From NCBI GenBank assembly GCA_902580215.1, contig CACHJT010000003.1, forward strand, positions 24,521 to 88,520: a stretch of DNA of 64,000 bases, read 5' to 3'. The notes beneath the pieces are model-generated. The model was not told the DNA's origin, made no database searches, and worked only from the letters and a program-made list of their open reading frames with translations. This document shows, piece by piece, positions 28,375 to 37,872 of the stretch (position 1 is its first letter; every line of letters starts with the position of its first letter). Origin of the DNA: an uncultured Candidatus Actinomarina sp. Lineage in GTDB: Bacteria; Actinomycetota; Acidimicrobiia; Actinomarinales; Actinomarinaceae. The position numbers and the translations under genes are program-made.

Positions 28375-30003
28375 TTGAGAAAATTAAATATAAGGTGGCT
28401 TGGTAAACTTCCGTATTCTGAAGCTTATGATTTACAACTAGGTTTACACAACTCTGTATCAAATGACTTAGACAATGACGACTACCTTTTATTACTTGAA
28501 CATGACAATGTAATCACATCTGGAAGAACATCAAAAGAAGGCAATTTACTTGTTTCACTAGACCATTTAGAAGAAATGAAAATAGATTATTTCGAGACGG
28601 ACAGAGGTGGAGATATTACTTTTCACGGAGAAGGTCAATTGATTGGATATCCAATTATCAGACTTGAAGATCCAAAAAAAGTTGTTCCATTTGTGAGATT
28701 GATTGAGAACACTTTAATCGATTCTCTAAAAGAATTGTCTATAGATTCATTTACTAAAGAAGATGACACCGGGGTTTGGACTGAAAAGGGAAAGATTGCT
28801 TCAATAGGGGTAAAAGTTAGTAAGTGGACCACATATCATGGTTTTTCATTAAACATATTTGATAAGTTAGAAGGCTTTCAGCTTATAAACCCATGTGGGA
28901 ATGAACTTGAAAATATTACCTCTATTCAAAACTTTAATAATGAAGTCTCATTCGAAGAAGTTTCAAAAATTGTATCTAAAAATTTCTCGAGGATGTTTCA
29001 ATATAAAGATATTGATGAGCAATTTTCACAATTTACACCTAAACAACTTAAGTCAAAAAAAGAGTTCAATATAGACAAAATGGTAGCGGATGGAGTTTTC
29101 AAACCAACCAGTAAAGGAATTCCAATTACTATCAAAGGAGTTTTACCAAATGAGCCAAAAAGACCTGAATGGATGAAGGTTAAAGCTAATTTAGGAAGCG
29201 ATTACAGGTCTTTAAAAAATCTATTAAAAGAACAAAAGCTAAACACAGTTTGTGAAGAGGCATCATGTCCAAATATATATGAATGCTGGTCTATGGGAAC
29301 GGCAACATTTATGATTATGGGTGACGTTTGCACAAGGGCTTGCGGATTTTGTGATGTAAAAACTGGAAAACCTGGAAGTTTAGATTGGGAAGAACCAAAA
29401 AGAGTAGCTGAAAGTGTCAAGAGCATGGGGCTTTCACATGCAGTAATTACATCAGTAAATAGAGATGATTTAAATGATGGTGGTTCTTTATTTTTTGCAG
29501 AAACGATAAGAGAAGTCAAAAAACTAAACAATGGTTGTGATGTTGAAGTTTTGATACCTGATTTTAAAGGTGATAGAGCAGCAATCAATAATATAATTGA
29601 AGCCTCACCAGAAGTAATCAATCATAATCTTGAAACTGTACCTAGGCTACAAAGAGAAATACGAACATCTGCATCCTACGGAAGATCCTTATCTTTATTA
29701 CATTATGTAAAATCTCAAGGGTTTGAAGGAAAAACAAAAACAGGTTTAATTGTTGGTATGGGAGAAAGCAAGGAAGAAGTAGTAGCTGTGTTAAAAGATA
29801 TTTCAAAGTTAAATGTTGATATTGTTACTATCGGGCAGTACTTGCGTCCCACTGCAAAACATCGACCAATAGATAGATATGCACCTGAAGATGAATTTGA
29901 ACACTATAAATTTATGGGTGAGTCTTTTGGAATACCCCATGTAGAGTCTGGTCCTTTAGTCAGATCTTCATACCACGCAAAAGATTCCTTTGCGTCTGTA
30001 TAG
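28375..30003 (+). CDS. lipB/lipA: Fused octanoyltransferase LipB and lipoyl synthase LipA
   Basis: One uninterrupted 542-codon ORF. LipB motifs: RGGDITFHGEGQ, KIASIGVKV..YHGFSLN, NPCG. LipA motifs: CEEASCPNIYEC, CTRACGFC, VRSSYHA. Confidence 0.85.
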   Translation: MRKLNIRWLGKLPYSEAYDLQLGLHNSVSNDLDNDDYLLLLEHDNVITSGRTSKEGNLLVSLDHLEEMKIDYFETDRGGDITFHGEGQLIGYPIIRLEDPKKVVPFVRLIENTLIDSLKELSIDSFTKEDDTGVWTEKGKIASIGVKVSKWTTYHGFSLNIFDKLEGFQLINPCGNELENITSIQNFNNEVSFEEVSKIVSKNFSRMFQYKDIDEQFSQFTPKQLKSKKEFNIDKMVADGVFKPTSKGIPITIKGVLPNEPKRPEWMKVKANLGSDYRSLKNLLKEQKLNTVCEEASCPNIYECWSMGTATFMIMGDVCTRACGFCDVKTGKPGSLDWEEPKRVAESVKSMGLSHAVITSVNRDDLNDGGSLFFAETIREVKKLNNGCDVEVLIPDFKGDRAAINNIIEASPEVINHNLETVPRLQREIRTSASYGRSLSLLHYVKSQGFEGKTKTGLIVGMGESKEEVVAVLKDISKLNVDIVTIGQYLRPTAKHRPIDRYAPEDEFEHYKFMGESFGIPHVESGPLVRSSYHAKDSFASV

Positions 30004-30023
30004 ATTCTTATATACTTAAAGCA

Positions 30024-31937
30024 ATGTTTGATAAAGTAACAAAATCTATTCGAGTCATATCTGCAGCAGCTGTTGAAAAAGCAAACTCTGGACATCCAGG
30101 AATGCCTATGGGTATGGCAGAAGTAGGAACTGTTTTATTCAAGAATGCACTAAAAATTTCAAATAAATACCCCGATTGGATTAATAGAGACAGGTTTGTA
30201 TTGAGTGCTGGACATGGGTCGATGCTACTTTATAGCCTGCTTCATTTCAGTGGGTTTAACATATCAATAAATGATATTAAACAATTCAGACAATTGGGTT
30301 CAAAAACTGCCGGACATCCTGAAGTTGATACTTCATTGGGTATTGACATCACAACAGGTCCACTTGGCCAAGGATTTGCAACTGGAGTTGGGCTAGCTTT
30401 AGCTGAGTCTTATTTATCTGAAGTATTAGGAAACGATGTTATTGACCACTATGTGTATGGAATAGTTTCAGATGGAGATTTGATGGAAGGAATTTCTTTT
30501 GAAGCTGCAGAATTAGCTGGTGTATGGAAATTAGGAAAATTGATATATTTTTTTGATGATAACAATATATCAATTGACGGCAGTGTAGATAAAGTATCTA
30601 TTACTAATCAAAAGAAAAAATTTGAATCAGTAGGGTGGCAAGTTTTAGAAATTGATGGTCACAATGAGTCTGAAATCACTGAAGCTATAAACTTATCAAA
30701 AGAAGAAACCAATATGCCTTCTTTAATTATTGCAAAAAGCACAATTGGTAAATTCGCACCAAACAAACAAAACACAAGCTCTATTCATGGCGCACCGCTT
30801 GGTGGTGAAGAGATGGAATTATTTTTAAATGAAGTTAATTGGAATGGAGATCTTTTTGAGCATGATGATGATGTTTATGAATACTTTGCAGAAAAAAGAC
30901 TAGAAGATGAAAAAAAATATGAGGACTGGAAAAGTAATCTAGATAAAAAATTAAAAAATGATGAATCATTCAAAATCATGTGGAACCAATTTTGCACAAA
31001 TGAATTAATATTTCCAGAAAACTTTGAAATATCTGATGGTGCGACCAGGGCAACAGGCGGAAGTTATTTAAATTTAATTGGTGCAAAAAATAAATTTGTG
31101 CTTGGAGGCTCTGCTGATCTTGCAGCTTCTACTAAGCAGATTGTTAGTGACAAAACTTACTCAAGTGAAAATAGAACTGGACAAAATATTGATTTTGGAA
31201 TTAGGGAACACAGCATGGCAGCTATAGTAAATGGGATTAATCTTCACAGTAAGATGTTTGCTTACGGGTCAACTTTTTTAGTATTTTCAGATTATATGAG
31301 ACCAAGCATCAGACTAGCTTCCCTTATGAATTTAAATTCTTCATATGTATTTACTCATGATTCAGTTTATTTAGGAGAGGATGGTCCTACTCATCAACCT
31401 ATTGAACACCTTATGTCGTTAAGGTTGATTCCTGGTTTAGATGTCATAAGGCCTTCAAACAGCATAGAAATATTACACTCTTATAGATATCTGTTTTCAA
31501 ATACTAAAAATCCTAAAGCTCTCTCTTTAACAAGACAAAATTTAGAATATCTAGATTTTTCAGTAGATTACGATGAATTTCTAAATGGTGGATACGTTGT
31601 TTCTGATGGTAAGGATGTTACAATTTTTGCTTCTGGTTCTGAGTTAAATTTAGCATTTGATTTAAAAAATAGATTAAACAAATACTCCGTCAAGATTGTT
31701 AGCGTACCTATTCTTAATAAGCTTACTCCTGAAAATGCATTGTCATTAAATAGCACAAAGTTCACTTTTACATTAGAGCTTGGTAAATCAATCGGCTGGG
31801 GTGACTATATTGGAGATATTACTGAATCAATTAGTATAGAATCTTTTGGAAGTTCAGCACCTCAAAGTGATTTAAGTAAATATTTTAAAGTAGATGTTGA
31901 GTCAATAGAAAAAAGAATAAAAAGCTACTTGATTTAA
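30024..31937 (+). CDS. tkt: Transketolase
   Basis: 637 aa. N-terminal GHPGMPMG, TPP region VSDGDLMEG..DDN, and transketolase Pyr and C-terminal regions. Confidence 0.9.
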   Translation: MFDKVTKSIRVISAAAVEKANSGHPGMPMGMAEVGTVLFKNALKISNKYPDWINRDRFVLSAGHGSMLLYSLLHFSGFNISINDIKQFRQLGSKTAGHPEVDTSLGIDITTGPLGQGFATGVGLALAESYLSEVLGNDVIDHYVYGIVSDGDLMEGISFEAAELAGVWKLGKLIYFFDDNNISIDGSVDKVSITNQKKKFESVGWQVLEIDGHNESEITEAINLSKEETNMPSLIIAKSTIGKFAPNKQNTSSIHGAPLGGEEMELFLNEVNWNGDLFEHDDDVYEYFAEKRLEDEKKYEDWKSNLDKKLKNDESFKIMWNQFCTNELIFPENFEISDGATRATGGSYLNLIGAKNKFVLGGSADLAASTKQIVSDKTYSSENRTGQNIDFGIREHSMAAIVNGINLHSKMFAYGSTFLVFSDYMRPSIRLASLMNLNSSYVFTHDSVYLGEDGPTHQPIEHLMSLRLIPGLDVIRPSNSIEILHSYRYLFSNTKNPKALSLTRQNLEYLDFSVDYDEFLNGGYVVSDGKDVTIFASGSELNLAFDLKNRLNKYSVKIVSVPILNKLTPENALSLNSTKFTFTLELGKSIGWGDYIGDITESISIESFGSSAPQSDLSKYFKVDVESIEKRIKSYLI

Positions 31938-34894
31938 CAGCCTGTATATTTTTTCATTTCAGACTTAGTTCTATTTCCGGCCACACCGTCAGGAATTAAT
32001 CCTACTTTCCTTTGGAATGCTTTAATTGCTTCCTTAGTGTAAGACCCTATTTTTCCATCTATTATTCCAGGATTAAATCCATTATTAGCTAAGTATGTTT
32101 GGATATCAGTAACAGTATCAAGTTTTGCATTTGTATTGTTTCTTGGCTTACATACGTTTGCACTTTCACAACCTGTATAAGCTCGCATGACTGCTTTTGT
32201 TTTATTCCCAACTATACCGTCTACAAATAAACCATTTTTACTTTGAAATTCCTTAATTGCATTTTTGGTTTTTGGTCCTGTTTGGCCATCAATTGGTCCT
32301 GGGTTAAACCCATTATTTGATAAAAATTGTTGAATATCTAATGTCGAATTAATTACAAGTGAAGAATTATCTTTAGGAACACATGCATCATTTCCAGAGT
32401 TTGGATTAGCAACAGCTGTAGATTCTGCATCTTGTACTTCACCATAAGTTGCTTGCCACCCTTCTTGAAAGATATTTGATGTAAATACTGATGATGGGAT
32501 ATAAGAATTACTTATTAGATTGTTAATGATATATGACACTTCGCCGATAGAAATTCTTCTAGTTGGGCAAAATTTGTCCGTCAGTGAGCTACAAGCTGGA
32601 ATGGAATTAGTTGAAGCGAGAATATTTATTTCATTAGTAAAGTTACTTGCACCATCATCAGAGTATTTATCTTGACTACCACTTAAATTATCTGTCTCAC
32701 CAGCATTGATTGCTACAACTAATAAGCAAGCAAATTGATCTCTAAAAACAGACTCCGATGGTTGATATTGAAATGGACCACCAATACACTTATTCATTCC
32801 GTAATATGGAATAGCATTTATTGCTTTTTGGTAAGGGCTTTGATCGTCATCGCTATATGCATTTGGAGAATCTAATGGCAATTGTGCTGCAATGACAACA
32901 ATAGCAGCAGCCTCTTCTCTAGTAAGAGTTTTAGCTTGACAGGCAGAAGAAGTTTCATTACATGGGTTTAATAAACCTGATTTTGATAAGAGATTTAAAC
33001 CAGCACTTGATGTAGCATACTGGGCAATATCTCCAGTAGATGTTGTAACATTGTCTGAATCTTGAGTTGAATTATTAACAGTTATAGGACCAATGTTTAA
33101 TGTGGATACATCTGACTGACTTGATGTCGAAAAGTAATGTGAAGTAAAACCAAGTTGAGATTTTATATTTCTTCCAGATTTTGTTACAGATTTTGCATAA
33201 CCGTTCCTATAACCTTTCATTGTTACTTCTAATGCTGCTCCAGACTCGGCAACAGATGAAACATAAATATCAGTTACAGAATCAAAACACGGCGAATCAC
33301 CACATAATATATTTTTTGCTAACTGATAAGAAGAAAAGTCATAAGACCATGCTGCTTTAGAATTACCAACCCTGTTGTCAACCGACCATGGGTCATCGAC
33401 AGTTTTTAAGTAAGGCCAAGGCGTTGCTGATCCAAAACCCACCACATTATCATTAGTTTTACCACCAGTTGATGAAGAATAAAATGCTTGAATTACTGAA
33501 CTTTGTGTGTACCCACCATCGTAGGTAATAACTTTACCAGCTGTATTATTAACTGCCTGTACCCAATTTGGACCAGCAATTTCTTTTAGGTAACCATAAT
33601 AATATTGGCTAGAAGCAGTTGAACCAATATGACACCAACAATATGATTGACGAGAATCAGACAATCCAGCATCAAGACCATTTTGTTTTGAGGGATCGTT
33701 TTGCTTTAAATATTGAAATACTGCATAACTTCTACCTACTAAAGCCTGTGACTCAAGAGCTTTAACGTTCCAATGTGAAGGCATCTCGGCAAGCCCATAT
33801 AGGTATTTTTCAATGTTTACTGCTAATGAAACATGAAATCCTGACGAAACATTTCGTGATCTAACCTTAAGAGCCCCGTGCTTATGTTCTCTTGGGCCGA
33901 CCCTGATTCTTCCACCTTCTGACCAACTGATTGAAATGTTGCATCCAGAAAGCTGTTTATTAATTAATGGGTGACCTGTAAAATAACAACCACCATTTGA
34001 ATAAATTAAATTTATAGTTGCACCACCACTAATTTTTAATTTACCAAAGGATGATTCACACGGTCCATCTGAACTCGCTTCAGATTTAATTTTTGCTAAT
34101 GTTGCGTCGTCAATTGATCCAGACTGATTAAGACCCACTGAAGCCTGATAACTTCTTAGTGCATTTGCAGTTTTTTCTCCAAATGCTCCATCTATAGGTC
34201 CAGGCTCAAAGCCACGTGAAGTTAAAAAGGATTGAACCCCGGCAGTATTTGTCATGCCATCTTGACAAATATAAACTGTTGGAGGGCTAGATGATGGGAG
34301 AGTAGTTAATTGTATACTTTTAGCATTACGAGCAAGACCAACCCAAAGAGCATCGTTACTCGATGCAATATCTGGTGATGATAATTGAAGATTAGATAAA
34401 GTATTTACAGATGTACCTTGAAAATAATATTTAACAACCTCTTCAGATGTACAGGAAGCAGTATTTTGACAAAAGTTAGCACCTAATTCCGTTAGACCTT
34501 TGGCACCGTACTGACTTAAACCTACACCATGCCCCCAACCACTTCCTTTAAAAGTAAAACTTACAGAACTGTATCCACGCATAGCTTGTTTAGTAGCAGG
34601 CCCCACTACTCCATCGGCACTTAAGCCAACAGTGCTTTGAAAACTTTTAACCGCACCAGTAGTTCTATTACCAGGTACACCATCAATTGGACCAGGATTG
34701 AATCCATTACAACTTAAAAAAGTTTGTATGTCTTTAAGAGTATCTAGTGGAGCAACTGCATTTTCAGCACAATTAAAAGTTTTTGAGTGGCTTATTTCTA
34801 AAGCATTTGCAGAGATTTTAAGGGCATTCAAAGCTGTAAAACATAAAAATGTAATAAGAATTATCTTTGAAAAATATTTTAGACCCTGTTTCAT
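31934..34894 (-). CDS. Secreted multidomain cell-wall enzyme: SpoIID/LytB-type domain plus four PG_binding_1 repeats and SLH-like repeats
   Basis: Signal peptide, then four repeats of the form NGFNPGPIDG..G..T..A...FQ...GL..DG..G..T. GWGHGVGLSQYGAKG near the N-terminus. SpoIID core blocks YLYGLAEMPSHWNVKALESQALVGRSYA, AFYSSSTGGKT and PWPYLKTVDDPWS. Confidence 0.8.
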   Translation of the reverse strand: MKQGLKYFSKIILITFLCFTALNALKISANALEISHSKTFNCAENAVAPLDTLKDIQTFLSCNGFNPGPIDGVPGNRTTGAVKSFQSTVGLSADGVVGPATKQAMRGYSSVSFTFKGSGWGHGVGLSQYGAKGLTELGANFCQNTASCTSEEVVKYYFQGTSVNTLSNLQLSSPDIASSNDALWVGLARNAKSIQLTTLPSSSPPTVYICQDGMTNTAGVQSFLTSRGFEPGPIDGAFGEKTANALRSYQASVGLNQSGSIDDATLAKIKSEASSDGPCESSFGKLKISGGATINLIYSNGGCYFTGHPLINKQLSGCNISISWSEGGRIRVGPREHKHGALKVRSRNVSSGFHVSLAVNIEKYLYGLAEMPSHWNVKALESQALVGRSYAVFQYLKQNDPSKQNGLDAGLSDSRQSYCWCHIGSTASSQYYYGYLKEIAGPNWVQAVNNTAGKVITYDGGYTQSSVIQAFYSSSTGGKTNDNVVGFGSATPWPYLKTVDDPWSVDNRVGNSKAAWSYDFSSYQLAKNILCGDSPCFDSVTDIYVSSVAESGAALEVTMKGYRNGYAKSVTKSGRNIKSQLGFTSHYFSTSSQSDVSTLNIGPITVNNSTQDSDNVTTSTGDIAQYATSSAGLNLLSKSGLLNPCNETSSACQAKTLTREEAAAIVVIAAQLPLDSPNAYSDDDQSPYQKAINAIPYYGMNKCIGGPFQYQPSESVFRDQFACLLVVAINAGETDNLSGSQDKYSDDGASNFTNEINILASTNSIPACSSLTDKFCPTRRISIGEVSYIINNLISNSYIPSSVFTSNIFQEGWQATYGEVQDAESTAVANPNSGNDACVPKDNSSLVINSTLDIQQFLSNNGFNPGPIDGQTGPKTKNAIKEFQSKNGLFVDGIVGNKTKAVMRAYTGCESANVCKPRNNTNAKLDTVTDIQTYLANNGFNPGIIDGKIGSYTKEAIKAFQRKVGLIPDGVAGNRTKSEMKKYTGC

Positions 34895-34924
34895 TATTTC
34901 ATTTTAGATAGAATTTGATAATTA

Positions 34925-35299
34925 TTACAATTCTTCACTATTTTTCCATTTTTTAAAATATCCTGTTCCAAATTCATACCCTATATAAATTATATAAAGC
35001 ATATAAGTGATTGGAAATAACACTCCATCTAAACTATTGAATAAGTTAGGCACTAAAAAAAATATGCTTGATAGTAAAACAAAACCTAAAATTTTATTTT
35101 TTTTAAGTGCATTTAATCCAAAAATAAAGAAGAAGTAATATATAAAAAAAGAAATAAGAAAATTAAGAGACATTAATGAATTCAATGAATAATTATTTGA
35201 TATAGAAAGCAAAAATATAAACAAAACTGTAATAGAGAAAGCAGCTCTGAAATTATTTTTAACAATTATTTTTAACACATATAATATTGTAAAGAACAT
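34925..35299 (-). CDS. Hypothetical small membrane protein (about 4 TM)
   Basis: 124-aa ORF that is very hydrophobic and rich in F, I, L and Y, in the most AT-rich stretch of the window. I recognise no motif. Confidence 0.4.
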   Translation of the reverse strand: MFFTILYVLKIIVKNNFRAAFSITVLFIFLLSISNNYSLNSLMSLNFLISFFIYYFFFIFGLNALKKNKILGFVLLSSIFFLVPNLFNSLDGVLFPITYMLYIIYIGYEFGTGYFKKWKNSEEL

Positions 35300-35962
35300 A
35301 TGCAGTTGAGTGAATTTACCTTCGTATTTTTAACATTATGTATTCCTTTTTTAATCTATATTGTCTACTCAACTAGTCCGAAAAAAGGATTTAGTATATT
35401 ATTCGTATCAATAATTGGAATCAATGGTTTTATCAACCAAGACAACTTCTCTTTATTAGGCTTATTTTTTTTAGCATTTTATTTATATTCTTTTGAAAAA
35501 AAGGAAAGAAAATATTTTGTTTTCATGAGCATGGTTTCGTTCTTACTTGCCTCATTTAACCTATTAGGTCAAAATTTGCTATCAAGCCTTTTACCTATTT
35601 TATTAGTATCATCAGTATTTTCTTCAATGATGATTGGCCATTGGTTTTTAGTTGATCCAACGATAGAAAAAATAGGCATGAAAAATATTTCTAAATTTTC
35701 TTCAGGACTTTCTATTTTGCTGGCTTTTCTAGTATTTATAAACATTTATGAAAGCAGTTCCATGTTTTTTAGCAGTGTATCTGAAAATCTTCTCAAAAAT
35801 GTTGTGATTTTTCTTTATTTATCATCAGCATTATTATCGTTTGGATCTCTGAAATCACTACAAGAAAAATCTTACACAGGTGTAATGGCAAGTACCGGTT
35901 TAAGCTATTTGGCATTAATTGTTTCACTTGGTGCCTCTGGAACTTTAATACTTTCTGTTTAG
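35300..35962 (+). CDS. Hypothetical polytopic membrane protein
   Basis: 220 aa with about 6-7 hydrophobic segments and the block MMIGHWFLVDP. I recognise no family. Its start codon abuts the start of the divergent gene (CATATG). Confidence 0.5.
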   Translation: MQLSEFTFVFLTLCIPFLIYIVYSTSPKKGFSILFVSIIGINGFINQDNFSLLGLFFLAFYLYSFEKKERKYFVFMSMVSFLLASFNLLGQNLLSSLLPILLVSSVFSSMMIGHWFLVDPTIEKIGMKNISKFSSGLSILLAFLVFINIYESSSMFFSSVSENLLKNVVIFLYLSSALLSFGSLKSLQEKSYTGVMASTGLSYLALIVSLGASGTLILSV

Positions 35963-35977
35963 CACTATTCTTAAGTC

Positions 35978-36520
35978 ATGAAAATTTATACAAAAAAAGG
36001 TGATAAAGGCAAAACAAGCTTGCTTTATGGAACTTCTGTATCTAAGGACAATATCGCTCCTGAAGCTTACGGATCAGTTGATGAACTGGTCGCTGCTCTT
36101 GGTCTTGTTAGGCAAGAAGATAAGCTTAGTGAGAAAACAAAAGTTCTTTTGTTAAATATTCAAAGAGAATTATTTATTGTTGGAGCGGAACTAGCAACTT
36201 CTAAATCAAATAGAGAAAAACTTAAGCCTAATGAGACTTTAGTCACCGAGTCTATGGTTGATGAATTAGAAAAGGTAATAGATGAATTAACTGAAAAAAA
36301 TGGAATTCCAGAATACTTTGTTGTCCCAGGTAACAATAGTATTTCTTCTAAACTTGACTGGTGTCGTGTTGTTTCACGAAGGGCAGAAAGAAGATGTGTA
36401 ACTTGGAAGGAGTTAAACAAGCTCGAAGATTCCTTCGTTATAACATACTTAAATAGACTTTCAGATTTATTATGGATGATGGCTCGTGATAATGAAGATG
36501 AATGGACTGCAAGTAAATGA
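35978..36520 (+). CDS. PduO-type ATP:cob(I)alamin adenosyltransferase
   Basis: The family-typical N-terminus MKIYTKKGDKGKTSL, and 180 aa in length. Confidence 0.8.
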   Translation: MKIYTKKGDKGKTSLLYGTSVSKDNIAPEAYGSVDELVAALGLVRQEDKLSEKTKVLLLNIQRELFIVGAELATSKSNREKLKPNETLVTESMVDELEKVIDELTEKNGIPEYFVVPGNNSISSKLDWCRVVSRRAERRCVTWKELNKLEDSFVITYLNRLSDLLWMMARDNEDEWTASK

Positions 36521-37872
36521 ATATAAAAGTCTTTTTTGTTGAAAATGATGACCTATTTTTAGAAAACGAACTAGAAAATATTGATTTAGTAAAAGAATTA
36601 ATTCAACTAAACGGGTTTTCATCAAAATCAAATGAAATAATATTTCTTCCAAGTGAGTGCATTAAAGACTACGATTCTGCTTTACTTGTAGGTTTAGAAG
36701 GATGTTCAAATAATTCTGACTACTTAAATATTGGATTAAAAATTGGTGAATCACTTTCTCAAAATGCCAAACTTACTTTTGTAAATTCAAGTAAATTAAA
36801 TTTGTATCATGTTGAATATGGAATTTATTTATCACAATACAATTTCGATGAGTTCAAAAGCGAACAGCAAGATTTATTGAATATCGAAATTGAAAGTGAT
36901 AATAATTCAGATGAGATTAAAAGAAAAGTCAAATCTGTATTTTGGGTAAGAGACCTAGTAAATTATCCATCTATGACAAAGTCTCCAAAATTTTTTATTG
37001 AGAAAGTTGAACAATTAATTTCTAATTTAGAAATAAAGCTAACTGTTCATGATCATGATTGGCTTGAGAAAAATAATTTTGGTGGAGTAATTGGCGTTGG
37101 GCAAGGTTCTGAAAGAAAGCCTAAATTCTTAATTGGTGAATTTAATCCAAAAGCAAAGACACAAATTGCACTAATAGGAAAGGGAGTTTTATTTGATTCC
37201 GGAGGACTATCTCTCAAATCTCCAAGTGGAATGGAAACCATGAAAACTGATATGACTGGTGCTGCTACTGCCTGGGGAGTTATGTCACTTGTTGCCAGTC
37301 AAGAATTAGATATTGGACTTACGGTTTATACACCTTTGGTAGAAAATATGCCAAGCGGAACTGCAATTAGACCCGGTGATGTATTAACTATGAGAAATAA
37401 CAAAACGGTAGAAGTTTTAAATACTGATGCTGAAGGAAGACTAATTATGGCAGACGCTTTAGCATATGCTAGTGAGCAAAATCCAGATTTAATTTGTGAT
37501 GTAGCAACACTAACTGGTGCATCTTATGTTGCGCTTGGCCTTGATATTGGGGCTGTTTTTTGTAACGATGATGAAACGCTAAACAGATATTTATTAGCAA
37601 ATAAGAATTCTCATGAGAAATACCACAACCTTCCCCTTGAGGAAAGCTATAAAGCACTAATCAAGTCTGTAATTGCTGATATGAAAAATACAGGTGGTAG
37701 GTTTGGAGGAGCAATTACCGCAGCACTTTTGTTAGAAGAGTTTGTAAATGATATTAAATGGGTTCATTTAGACATTGCTGGACCAGCACGAAGTAAAGAA
37801 TCAAAAAGTGCTACTGGGTTTGGCACAATTGGTTTGTATAATTTTTTTGAAACTTTTACGAAGAATCAGTAG
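36517..37872 (+). CDS. pepA: Leucyl aminopeptidase (M17)
   Basis: M17 signature NTDAEGRL, plus VLFDSGGLSLK. It overlaps the preceding gene by 4 nt. Confidence 0.85.
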   Translation: MNIKVFFVENDDLFLENELENIDLVKELIQLNGFSSKSNEIIFLPSECIKDYDSALLVGLEGCSNNSDYLNIGLKIGESLSQNAKLTFVNSSKLNLYHVEYGIYLSQYNFDEFKSEQQDLLNIEIESDNNSDEIKRKVKSVFWVRDLVNYPSMTKSPKFFIEKVEQLISNLEIKLTVHDHDWLEKNNFGGVIGVGQGSERKPKFLIGEFNPKAKTQIALIGKGVLFDSGGLSLKSPSGMETMKTDMTGAATAWGVMSLVASQELDIGLTVYTPLVENMPSGTAIRPGDVLTMRNNKTVEVLNTDAEGRLIMADALAYASEQNPDLICDVATLTGASYVALGLDIGAVFCNDDETLNRYLLANKNSHEKYHNLPLEESYKALIKSVIADMKNTGGRFGGAITAALLLEEFVNDIKWVHLDIAGPARSKESKSATGFGTIGLYNFFETFTKNQ

